From: a virus
IMG/VR virus record: IMGVR_UViG_3300005590_000001
Span: 32,001-96,000 of that record
Length of the DNA stretch: 64,000 nt
Reading direction: 5' to 3' (one strand)
The notes under the pieces are model-generated. The model did not search any database. It saw only the letters and a list, made by a program, of their open reading frames with translations, and was not told the DNA's origin. The translations under genes and the position numbers were made by a program. Every line of letters begins with the position of its first letter. The first letter of the stretch is position 1. Shown one piece after another: positions 29,635 to 39,431 of the stretch.

Positions 29635-29768
29635 TGGACCTGTTCGGAATCGAACCGAAGTCTTACCCGCTACTAGAATACCCGTAGTCTTTTGCTTGAG
29701 CATTTATCTACGTTACAGTCCCACCTGTAGATATCTATTTACACGAATAATCAAAACCAGTCAGGCCC
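29635..29768 (-). ncRNA. ssrA: tmRNA-like RNA, miniaturised (134 nt)
   Basis: GGGCCTG/CAGGTCC-A acceptor with G3.U70, stemless D loop ACTGGTTTTGA, helix 2a TTATTCGT/GCGGGTAA, GAC linker, TTCGG-TTCGATT-CCGAA T arm. Confidence 0.75.
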
Positions 29769-30106
29769 CAGTTCGGACAAACGTTATTCGCACGTTACAT
29801 GCTTAGAAAGAAATTCGAAAAATAAACCAAGATTTTCATCCTTGTAAAAAGGATCACACTTCATATTTGTAACATCAGGCATATTCTTATACCTTGCACG
29901 GTACAGATTATACGCCCATTGTCCACGCCGTAAATGATTTGGTGGATCTTGCGTATAAATCTCTATAACAAATTGACCAAGTTGTTCAGGAGTCATTCTG
30001 ATCCTTTATGTCTTCAAGAGTTTCTTGAGCCTTAGATGCCTTGCGTTGAAAATCTAACGCAATGATCATCAGTATAACAAACCAAAACAAAGGAGATTCA
30101 AACATA

Positions 30107-30841
30107 TTATCTGTATCCTAAATTTTGCAGGTGCTTAAATCTGTCGGCAAGATTATACGACGACTTACCGTTAAATGAAACAATCATAGGATGTGCCAAT
30201 CCTTTTTCTTTATAAGACAATAACAGCTGAGTCTGCTTTTTTGTCATTATATGCAAACATGTAGCAAAAGCATTTGCGTTTGGATTCTTTGCAAATGCGG
30301 CAACATAATATGGCAATATATTATATTTCTGCACATCTTTTACATTACGCGCAGCAACAAAATTAGTTAGAATAACAGCATCTTTGTCGGTAGATCTACT
30401 AAAATTTTCGATCCATTCTTGCATACATTGTGACAGATAACTACATGTATCCAAATATGCAAGATCTACCGTTGTTTGTCGTAAATGTGTTAGAGCTACA
30501 TTCAAATCAAAAGTGTTGACATCAGTTAACTTTTTGCCGAAAACAAAAACTTTTGTAAAACCCATTGATTCAAGAGTCTTACGTACTTCATCCACCTTAT
30601 TCTTATTGTATTCTACAGCAATGATCGCCGTGTCTAAATCTATCAACCCAAATTCAAGTGCTGATTTGATACAAACACATGTGGTGGATGGCAAACAAAA
30701 AAAACATTTGAAAACTCTTTGACGATATTGCGTCTTAACCGCCGCAAACAGACCCTGAGTAATTTTTTTCTTAATAGGTCTATCTTTAGTTGTGTCAAAC
30801 ATTCTACCACCTATTAACAGGAACAACCGTGCAAGTACCAT
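30107..30841 (-). CDS. hypothetical protein, possibly SAM-dependent methyltransferase fold
   Basis: IIAVEY and VDLAYLD segments only. Confidence 0.35.
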   Translation of the reverse strand: MVLARLFLLIGGRMFDTTKDRPIKKKITQGLFAAVKTQYRQRVFKCFFCLPSTTCVCIKSALEFGLIDLDTAIIAVEYNKNKVDEVRKTLESMGFTKVFVFGKKLTDVNTFDLNVALTHLRQTTVDLAYLDTCSYLSQCMQEWIENFSRSTDKDAVILTNFVAARNVKDVQKYNILPYYVAAFAKNPNANAFATCLHIMTKKQTQLLLSYKEKGLAHPMIVSFNGKSSYNLADRFKHLQNLGYR

Positions 30842-31054
30842 CCGCCGTATTCAATTGAAGCTTAATGGTTTCACCATATTTAATGAAATTTTCAGCTACT
30901 TTCTTTACAAGTTCTTTCTCATCTTCTGTAAGATGATCAATCGCAGGATCAAGACAATTAGGTGTTTTTACTATAAACTGAATTGAGATTGGTTCTGGAC
31001 ACTCTTGACTTCCCGGTTTACCCGGTGACGGAAATTCTCCAGCTGCATTAAACA

Positions 31055-31297
31055 TCAACAGACTTCCTTGATAATGACATAATCAGTTTCTGTTACGCCA
31101 AAATATTTCTTGTTCACCTCAAACTCAATATCATCGTAACGACCAACAAATTTGAAAGCATATTCACCAGCTTCTTGCAAAGTATCAAAGACATGATTAT
31201 GATAATCACTAAAAGCTTCATCTTCTAAAAATAAGACAGCTGGTTCTTCTGTTGATTCAGAATAATTGTCACCGGAGAAAACTGCATATTGCATCAT
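31055..31297 (-). CDS. hypothetical protein
   Basis: start MMQYAV immediately downstream of tRNA fragment. Confidence 0.5.
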   Translation of the reverse strand: MMQYAVFSGDNYSESTEEPAVLFLEDEAFSDYHNHVFDTLQEAGEYAFKFVGRYDDIEFEVNKKYFGVTETDYVIIKEVC

Positions 31298-31312
31298 TAC
31301 TCTCACACAAAA

Positions 31313-31777
31313 CTGGCCCAGCAGGATTCGAACCTGCAACCTAGCGATTTTAATCCCTTTATAAATCGAAATAATGGTAAAATTTTTTATGTTATACCAA
31401 AATTTGTGTAATACATTTAGGAGGAATCTATGAAAAAAAATATCAAAAAACAATGTAAAACACACGGATTAACTGATTTTATTTTAGAAGGACGTGGCTA
31501 TTATCGTTGTAAAAAATGTAGAAGTGCGTCTGTAACAAAATATCGCACAAAAATGAAAATTAAAGCTGTTCAATATAAAGGCGGTAAGTGTGAACGCTGT
31601 GGATATGATCGTAGCATTGCTGCATTAGAATTTCACCATAAAGATCCAACACAAAAAGATTTTGAAATTTCAACAACTGGTTGTACTAGATCATGGGAAA
31701 AAATAAAAGCGGAAGTCAATAAATGTGAATTATTGTGTGCTAACTGCCATCGCGAAATTCATAATTGAGCTACGCCA
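31313..31777 (-). pseudogene. tRNA (Asn-like) split and disabled by HNH insertion
   Basis: 3' part AATCGCTAGGTTGCAGGTTCGAATCCTGCTGGGCCAG (31313-31349) and 5' part TGGCGTAGCTCAATT (31763-31777) flank the HNH ORF. Confidence 0.6.
31430..31768 (+). CDS. HNH endonuclease
   Basis: GGKCERCGY...ALEFHH.DP..K...KC.LLCANCHREIH. Confidence 0.88.
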   Translation: MKKNIKKQCKTHGLTDFILEGRGYYRCKKCRSASVTKYRTKMKIKAVQYKGGKCERCGYDRSIAALEFHHKDPTQKDFEISTTGCTRSWEKIKAEVNKCELLCANCHREIHN

Positions 31778-32053
31778 TTGATGAATTATAATTCATTATC
31801 AACTGTCAAGATTATTCTATAAGTAACACCATCCACTTCAAACAAAAGTTCTGGCATGCATAAAGTACCTCTACCAACCAAACCAACATTAGCCCCACTT
31901 TTTTCAAGTAAAGGCTTAATAGATGTTTTAAGCAGATTCATAGCCAGCTTATTTCTCTGCTCTCTTTGCTCAGCATGTTTTCTATCACGTTCCCGCTCTG
32001 CCGGTGTTCTATTATCTCCAAACATTATATTCTCCTCTTAACATTCATATCCA

Positions 32054-32533
32054 TCAACCTGCATTTTCTTTACCTTTCATATTCCATTCTGGAGAACCAA
32101 CTGAATACTGTAAAACCAAATAAGCTAATTCATATTTGTCACGACGCTGTCCCGGTTTTAAATCTCTCAAATTATCTCTAAGATCTGCCATTTTTACATA
32201 AAGAGCTATATAACTAGCTCTTAAAAGTAACCTCTGAATGTATGAAGCATACGACATATCTGACTTATTATGTGTCAATAAATGCAGATCCTTCATAATG
32301 CCATCAGTCAAAATTGGACCACAACCGGCCAATACAAAAACGCGTCGAATGTTTTCTTCTGTCTGATCAGTGTCTTCTAAGACATCATGCAGGAATGCAG
32401 TTGCTTTAAAACGCTCATCATTTAATGATGCCGCAACACGTTTTGGATGTGTGATGTATGGATCGCCGTTCCATCTTGTCTGATCCTGATGTGCTTTTGT
32501 AGCAAATTCTTCAATGATTTTCAAGTTGATCAT
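32054..32533 (-). CDS. HD-domain hydrolase, (p)ppGpp hydrolase/Mesh1-like
   Basis: AH..Q.R..G.PYITHP..VA...A.LHDVLEDT...VK.AD..DNL. Confidence 0.82.
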   Translation of the reverse strand: MINLKIIEEFATKAHQDQTRWNGDPYITHPKRVAASLNDERFKATAFLHDVLEDTDQTEENIRRVFVLAGCGPILTDGIMKDLHLLTHNKSDMSYASYIQRLLLRASYIALYVKMADLRDNLRDLKPGQRRDKYELAYLVLQYSVGSPEWNMKGKENAG

Positions 32534-33023
32534 TATGTCTCAGTCTTGTATAGTGAATATTAACCACTTTTCCATCGTCCAAAGTTACTTTAATATTCCC
32601 GAATAATGAACTTTCCCAACCCTCAACAATGCACTGATGTCCTTCATATATTCCACTAGTAATAACCATTTCTTGGTGATACTTAATGGAATTAAAATGT
32701 AATTTATTTTCATATTGTTCATATTTAAAAACAGCCACTGATACAATTATCAGCAATAGACAAATGCTGATAATTATATCAAACATTGATATATTATACT
32801 TCATCAATCTTTTTTCCTCCAATTCTATTTCTTCTCGACAAACCTCTTTATTTACAGAAATAAAACGAACATTCTTATTTTGATCAAGGGCGGCAATGTT
32901 TACACCACATCTGTAAATTACAGTCGGTGAATCTTCAAACAGCACACGACAATATCTACGGCCGTCACCCAATTGAAAATCTTTTCCGACTGGTACGTCA
33001 ACCGCTTTCATCAAAGTGGCCAA
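32511..33023 (-). CDS. membrane-spanning hypothetical protein
   Basis: central TM helix. Confidence 0.5.
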   Translation of the reverse strand: MATLMKAVDVPVGKDFQLGDGRRYCRVLFEDSPTVIYRCGVNIAALDQNKNVRFISVNKEVCREEIELEEKRLMKYNISMFDIIISICLLLIIVSVAVFKYEQYENKLHFNSIKYHQEMVITSGIYEGHQCIVEGWESSLFGNIKVTLDDGKVVNIHYTRLRHNDQLENH

Positions 33024-33386
33024 TCATCAATAGGATCATAACCATAACACTCTTCAATGGGAAGACCACGGTACATATCCCACATATGCCTTATGCAACC
33101 ATACATAAAGAAAATATATAGGATTGTAACAAATGTATCAGAAATCCACAACATTATTCCTCTTTCGTTACTTTAACCCGAACAACTTTATCCAATGGAA
33201 AGAAAATGTTATATGGCGATTGTGCTGTGTTATCACGAATGATCAACAAACCATCTTTAAATTTAATTTGATTTTCGTCACTATCCCTTATTTTAACAAC
33301 CTCTGTTTGAAGCTCATCGTTAACTAAATATTGCACATCGATACTTTTCATAGCCATATTTCCTTCATCAAAATAAAATTACAAAA

Positions 33387-33458
33387 TGGGACATGAAGGA
33401 TTCGAACCTCTACCTGTAGGGTTACAGCCTAGCATGCTACCAATTACACCGATACCCC
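33387..33458 (-). tRNA. atypical tRNA-Tyr(GUA)-like, short variable loop, mismatches
   Basis: GGGGTAT/ATGTCCC acceptor, CTGTAAC loop, TTCGAAT T loop; C8, mismatched stem ends. Confidence 0.55.
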
Positions 33459-33735
33459 TATTTTTTTTAGTGTTCTACATGTCTTCAAGCCGCTTCATAA
33501 TCCGTTCTGCGAGTGCCTCTTTAGTGTCTGAACCATACTTAGTCCAGACAATATCAGAGTTATCAAGAATGGACACTACGGCTTTGATCTTGTCTGACTT
33601 GGTGGGAAGACCAAACATCTGATCTTCCCATTCACGATTATGTTCTTCACATAAATCATTCCAAACAGTTTTTTCTTGACAGATAGAACCGTCATCATTT
33701 TTTACACCACAAATACCCATATTTAGCTCCTAAAA

Positions 33736-33808
33736 TAGCGAGTCAAGGAGTCGAACCTTGTGTACCACCTTATAAGGATGGCCCTCAAAACCGTCGAGGA
33801 CACTCGCC
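33736..33808 (-). tRNA. trnI: tRNA-Ile(UAU)
   Basis: GGCGAGT/ACTCGCT, CCATC-CTTATAA-GGTGG, CAAGG-TTCGACT-CCTTG. Confidence 0.75.
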
Positions 33809-34842
33809 TTATTGTGATACAAGTTCTTTACAAACCTGATGATAAACCTTTAGCCAAAACTTAGGCCAATCATAGTACGGGAATATCCCACGGAAAACAC
33901 GATATTCCTCCTCCAACATTTCTTCGTGATCTGCAATATGCTCAGCACGTTTTGCCGGATCAGTCGTGTGATGTCTCATTTTCCAAAACTTTTTCCCACC
34001 GTGTGTCTGTAATAAATTCTGTTGGCCGAGTATATTTCACCTCTTGATACCCAGCCTTCAGCATTTTTTCTTTAAACTCAGTAGTGTGCATGCTGCTGTA
34101 TGTACAACTGCCGATCAAAAAACAAAACAGAAAACATACAATTATGAAACACCACACCACCGATGCTTGATCACTCATCAAATTCTTTCCTTTCCATTTT
34201 CTTAACTCTGCAACCCGTCTTAATATCAACATACAAAGAACCGTTCTTATTCTTCGCAATATTAGCCTGAACCACCTCCAAATGATGTGTACGTGACATC
34301 ATTTCTGGTTCACCATTTTTCTTTTTACCACCTGTAGGCCATTTTTCAACAACCTGAACACGACCATTCTTTGAATGAGAAATAACTGAAAAGCGTGCGT
34401 CATTCATCGGGATTCGATCCTTTTACTGACTTATAGAAGAAAAGACAATCAACATCTCAATTGTGATGTGTGGGTCGGCGTTGCGGACAATTGCTATTTA
34501 CGTGCTTGATAAATACCTGCATCCGCACAACTTTCTGCAAAACGTTCATATAATTCAACGACATTTACTTGCTCCAATACCATCAGAGCCCCAAGCACAG
34601 CTCGCCCAGTTTCCAAAACTCTTCTTGCTTCAGATAACCCAACATCCTCAGAGCCGTCCATATCATCAGACATGTCTCTAAGAGATACATCAAAATCTTT
34701 TATTAACTGTTCTGGAATCATAGAATGCTCCATACCAAAAACAAAAAGAGAATCATTAACATTCCAAAGTACCATCGGTAAATGGATTTTGCAATTTCGC
34801 CGACCATATCATTTTCCCTTATAAATTAGGAAAGACGAGACC

Positions 34843-34881
34843 AAAAAAAATCCCCGTTGACCGGGAGGGCCAACGGGGATT
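34843..34881 (-). terminator. intrinsic terminator
   Basis: ATCCCCGTTG...CAACGGGGAT + T-run on minus strand. Confidence 0.8.
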
Positions 34882-35528
34882 AAAGAACACACTCTTAACT
34901 TCGTGGGGGTCGCTAAGAGGTTGGAACAAAGGTCGGAACTTATGATGCTATTGTTCCATTCACATCATAACTTCTTGCGGAAGCTTACAATAAAATCCTC
35001 AGATTTGCGGTCCTTAAACTTTATGGTAATGTTCCTCAGTAAGTCTAGCTCAATGTCACAAGGATCTATGAACCGTATTGACCCACCTAGCCTTTTGGAT
35101 CGAAGCATGCACTGTGATCATCCCTTTTATTATTGATAATATATAATAAAGGGATAAACCACAGCTTAAGCTGTGTGTCTCTTTTCGCACATTAGGCCGT
35201 TCCCTAAGTGGCTTATTCTTGGGAACTGTTCTAACTCTAATAATATAAAGCGCCGCATACTATTCCAGTTTGCCAAACTGTATTAAAGTATGATCCCGGC
35301 TTACACGGGATAGGGCCTTGCTTCGCACTATTGTGCTTCAGTACCATCACAAGATGGCATTAGAGGCGAAACGACAAGTATTTCAAACACCCGCTACTTA
35401 ACCTACCACACTGCGTGATTATGCTTTACATCCTGATGCTGATAGTCCATCAGAACAACAACATAATCTTTACATCATTTCACAAGTGTTCAAAATACCA
35501 ACTGTTCCCGTCTTTAACGGTCACATCA

Positions 35529-35936
35529 CTATGCAGTAGGATCAAAGTCCTTAGGAACTTCCGTATCCTTCACCTCATCCCAATTCAGACCCAACTGCTC
35601 AACAGCTTCACGAGGATTATATGAAACAATCTGAATCAATGGAACAAGTTTCATCAGATTACCGTCCTCGCCAACGGTCTTAGCCCAAGCATGTGCCAAA
35701 CCAACATTACCAAGCTGCTTCTTAGCTTCGGCTTCCAGCCTACGCACTCGACGCAACTCAGAAACACAAGTTTCAACACGAGCCGAACCATCACGTAAAA
35801 CTGAAACAACCCGTTCGGCAGCAGCTTTCGCTTCTTCCTCACGCCGTGCTTCAATTGCCTTGTTGATTGCGTCCGTTGACGTTGCAGTCACCTGATTTTC
35901 CAAAGCAGTCAAGAACACATTCTTATCAAAGTTCAT
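35529..35936 (-). CDS. helical/coiled-coil protein
   Basis: ORF with AAAGG RBS; resembles the C-domain of the Ubl fusion at 5356. Confidence 0.65.
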   Translation of the reverse strand: MNFDKNVFLTALENQVTATSTDAINKAIEARREEEAKAAAERVVSVLRDGSARVETCVSELRRVRRLEAEAKKQLGNVGLAHAWAKTVGEDGNLMKLVPLIQIVSYNPREAVEQLGLNWDEVKDTEVPKDFDPTA

Positions 35937-35976
35937 AACACAAACCTTTCAAAAACACTGAAAATGTCCCAAGAAC

Positions 35977-36864
35977 TTACTTGGAACAACGAGCAAGAGC
36001 CTGATCCACATACTTTTCAGCATGATCGTTTTTACCGAAACGGCGGAGTATCTGAGCAACACGCATCATTATCAACCGCTTAGAAGTACCTTTACGGTGT
36101 GCCTTAATCACGTATTGTGATAAAGTCTTCTCACCGTACCAATTGACAGTCTTCTTTGATTTACTAATAGTAGAAGATGATAAGGTCACAATCTTCATCA
36201 TCCTTTCTTTGTTGGAAAAAACAGAAACTCTGTCGGAAGGAAGCACATATGAGTTTGATGGTTTAATTACACCATTGATATCAGCCACAAACTCTTTACC
36301 CCAATCTACCCAAAAGGCAACAGAGAACAAAGTTGCGATGGTTTCATTGTATCGACACTTATATTCGCGGAAATCTCCGTCATTAAACCTGATTGATACA
36401 GTTTCTTTAGATGGCTCTATCGTTTCAAAATGAATATGAGAGCCATGTGGAACCGTAGAATACGGCTTAAACTCAACACCATTTACTTTGATTCTGAGTT
36501 TTTGTTCTGTCCAGCTTTTACCATAAATACGGCTAAACAACATAGCCATATTTTCATTCGGCAACCATTTATGTAAACTACAGACATCGGTGTCATAAGA
36601 CACATAAATGTATTCAGCATTTTCTTTTTGCTCTTTGACATAAAGCGTTCTACTATTGATAGCCCAGACCTTTGCCGGATTAAGCCTTGTTTGCTTCCTC
36701 ACAGTAAAAGTCATTGTGGGGTTAACGTAAATTTCGAAATTTGTACTAAAGAGGTACGGCCTCTTTATTCGAATCAATACTTCGAGAGCCTCAGAACATT
36801 TATCTGAATCAACTTTTACAGTTGACATTTCACCATCAGTTCTGCAATACTTGATTGTCAGCAT
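35977..36864 (-). CDS. protein with tandem ubiquitin-like (beta-grasp) repeats
   Basis: two repeats ending IKVNG....STVPHGSHIHF and ADING....YVLPSDRVSV; GGAG RBS before ATG 36864. Confidence 0.55.
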   Translation of the reverse strand: MLTIKYCRTDGEMSTVKVDSDKCSEALEVLIRIKRPYLFSTNFEIYVNPTMTFTVRKQTRLNPAKVWAINSRTLYVKEQKENAEYIYVSYDTDVCSLHKWLPNENMAMLFSRIYGKSWTEQKLRIKVNGVEFKPYSTVPHGSHIHFETIEPSKETVSIRFNDGDFREYKCRYNETIATLFSVAFWVDWGKEFVADINGVIKPSNSYVLPSDRVSVFSNKERMMKIVTLSSSTISKSKKTVNWYGEKTLSQYVIKAHRKGTSKRLIMMRVAQILRRFGKNDHAEKYVDQALARCSK

Positions 36865-36879
36865 TGAAATTCTCCAAAA

Positions 36880-36952
36880 TAGGACCGGCAGGACTTGAAC
36901 CTGCAACCTCCCGGTTAAAAGCCGGGAGCTCTACCAATTGAGCTACGATCCC
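36880..36952 (-). tRNA. trnK: tRNA-Lys(UUU)
   Basis: GGGATCG/CGGTCCT, CCCGG-CTTTTAA-CCGGG, GCAGG-TTCAAGT-CCTGC. Confidence 0.92.
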
Positions 36953-37281
36953 AAGTTTCTACCATCGAATGATTTTACCGTTTTCAATTTGCCAACACTC
37001 AGCACAGTTTGGATCTTCTTCCCGTTGTCGCTCTAATTCCTCTTCTAAAGTTTCCCGTTCCTTGTGTTTGATGTCAAATTCCGCCGTAACCAAAACACCA
37101 ACATCAGTTTGTGTCTTTTGTGGTGAAAGTCCCAGCATTGCCAATTCAATGAATACTTCATCATGCTGACCCTGCTTTGCCATGAACTTAAATATCATGT
37201 GCTTCGATCCTTTCAAGAACTTTCTTTGCGTGTTCAGGTTCAAGAACCACGTAGGCTTCTGTTATCAGGCCATAACTCTGT

Positions 37282-37545
37282 TTACTTTCCACGTTCCATT
37301 GCTGGGAACCACCAGTTCACCAATGTATCTGGATACAGAAAATCAGCAATATGTGTTGGTGCAACGTAAGTATCATACGATGTTTCAGTCCACAAACAAT
37401 TGACAACAAATCCAGAATCATCGTTACGCAAGATCATTTCTGGAATCTTAACATAAACGCGATCTGAATCATCATCCTTGATTTCGAAATTTGCACCGAT
37501 TGGAACAGACTCAACTGGGGTAGTGATCGTGTCTCGTTTTGGCAT
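37282..37545 (-). CDS. hypothetical protein
   Basis: start MPKRD inferred. Confidence 0.45.
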   Translation of the reverse strand: MPKRDTITTPVESVPIGANFEIKDDDSDRVYVKIPEMILRNDDSGFVVNCLWTETSYDTYVAPTHIADFLYPDTLVNWWFPAMERGK

Positions 37546-38947
37546 GGACTTTTTCCCGTTTGTTGTATTGATTGGCGATATTCTGTGCCTGATCACGACT
37601 CAATCCATAATCAGTAAATTTGCCGGTTATGGTATCTTTGACACAGAAGTAAACATGACTTGCTGGTTCAGGAATCGCTTTGTATCGACGCATAATCACC
37701 CTTCATAAGTCCATCTCCGGTAAATCCAAAGTGTTGACACAAACATGCGTGTCAAATTCCGACACAAATATGGCACCACGCTCAGACTGAGACAAATAAT
37801 CTTTATTCGCTCGATGGCACACAAGACAATGACTTGTGTGATGTGACAATTCTGCACCACATGTGCATTGAAATCGCCGACAATCGACACAAGTCGATTC
37901 AAGACTCAATGGTACTCCACACCTTATGCATTCTGGCACGACTATACCCCTTCTTAGCCTCTTCTTCTTTGATCCATTTGATGATCAACTCACACATTTC
38001 CTGCCGAGTTATTTTGCCGTCCATCAAATCCACAAGCGTAGACAATTGGATCGGAATCATTGTCCCACCGAACTTTTCCAGTCCAGCATCTGTTATTTGC
38101 TTGTATGCTGACACAATGTTCTCCCTTTGTAAGTCAGGTGACACAACATTCGCCGATAATGTGTCAGTTGAATATCCGCCGAACTACAATCCTATCTGTA
38201 CTTCTTCAGAGACTCGTATAAAGTCCCAGTTTAAGTTCTGACAGGCTTCGTAGGCAGATTGAGGGTTCCAACCGTGCTGAATTAAAACCTCTTCTGCGAC
38301 AATCTGAGGGACCTGAAACGGTCTCCAAACTTTGCAATTTTCAGCCTCATTGAGAGTCAGCAAAAGATAGAGGGTCATTCAGAAATTCCCGTGTTTTATG
38401 CCGTGAGCGACCTTTTGAGCTAGACCAACCATAAGCAATTGTAGTGCTCAAATCAATGAACTCATAAGAGCTAATAAAGCCCTCTATCCATTCATCAAAC
38501 ACAACAAGAAACTCCTAAAAGAAAGACATTAAGCACACTCTGTATAGTGTTGTGTTAAGGGGTGGATTTTGCTTTGTTCTGTGAAAAACTCCACACTCAC
38601 ACCAAAAAACCCCCAAAAACAGGCGTTTTTTCGCAACTTTTGCCTCAAACTCAATCACTTTTGCACGATTTTATTTGGTCAAAAGGCGACAAAGGTGCGG
38701 CCACAAAAACACGGGGCTTTTTGACATTTTGTCATTTCGACAAGAAAATTCCCCAAGAGGGTAGTCAAAATTTCCCCGGGGGGTGGTCTCAACTGAAAAT
38801 CAAAAACACGGGAGTTTTGCACGAAAATGTACTTGGCCTCACTTGGCCTCACAACGGTCGGACTTAGAACGTAAAAATTCTTAATCCTACCCTATCCGTT
38901 ATCCCGTTTGCTTTGCGGACTTCTGTTGTTTGCAGAAGCCCCGTCGT

Positions 38948-39319
38948 TCAGATTTCTTCGATCTGCTTTCGCAGTCGTTGGTAACGAGCTTTCGACATCG
39001 GCCGACTTCCCCACCTCGAAATACTTTCGGCAGTCTTACGAAAGAACCGCAGAATTTCTTCTGATCGGATGTATTCGGATTCGAACATTCCCTGAGCAGC
39101 AGACAGGTCCGCCTGAATATCAACATCTTCCATGAAGCGTTCACGCATTTGCCCAATGCGATTCAATTCTCGATTAGCATCCGACTTCCGCCGATAAATC
39201 CTCAAGATCACATCCCCCGGATTCTCACCGAAAACTTCCAGAAAAACACAAGCTTCCTGTTCCGTATCAGATTTCCGGATGATGCTTTCCAGAGTATGCA
39301 ACTGCATTTGATTCTCCAA
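38948..39319 (-). CDS. hypothetical protein
   Basis: ORF; internal GGAG precedes the second Met (MQLH), the probable true start. Confidence 0.55.
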   Translation of the reverse strand: MENQMQLHTLESIIRKSDTEQEACVFLEVFGENPGDVILRIYRRKSDANRELNRIGQMRERFMEDVDIQADLSAAQGMFESEYIRSEEILRFFRKTAESISRWGSRPMSKARYQRLRKQIEEI

Positions 39320-39358
39320 AACTGAACGAATGTGAAGTTTAACACGAGCGAATGCGAG

Positions 39359-39431
39359 TCAGCCATGCTGGATTCGAACCAGACCTACCCAATAAACGGT
39401 GGGCAATGCTACCAATTACACCACAGGCTGA
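39359..39431 (-). pseudogene. degenerate tRNA-like element
   Basis: GGTGTAATTGGTAGCAT D arm and CTGG-TTCGAAT-CCAG T arm, but bulged acceptor and 8-nt anticodon loop. Confidence 0.5.

Noticed and set aside
29470-29703. 77-aa ORF as listed
   Set aside because: Its 5' part overlaps the tmRNA-like RNA; the plausible gene starts at 29631 (MRTSAEL).
31055-31465. 136-aa ORF as listed (also the N-terminal extension of 35977..36906)
   Set aside because: The extensions are read-through of tRNA sequence (LQVRILLG, VQVLPV); shorter starts were used.
31313-31777. Spliceable intron in the Asn-like tRNA
   Set aside because: No group I core or room for one around the HNH ORF; D-arm/anticodon sequence is missing and the acceptor strands no longer pair fully.
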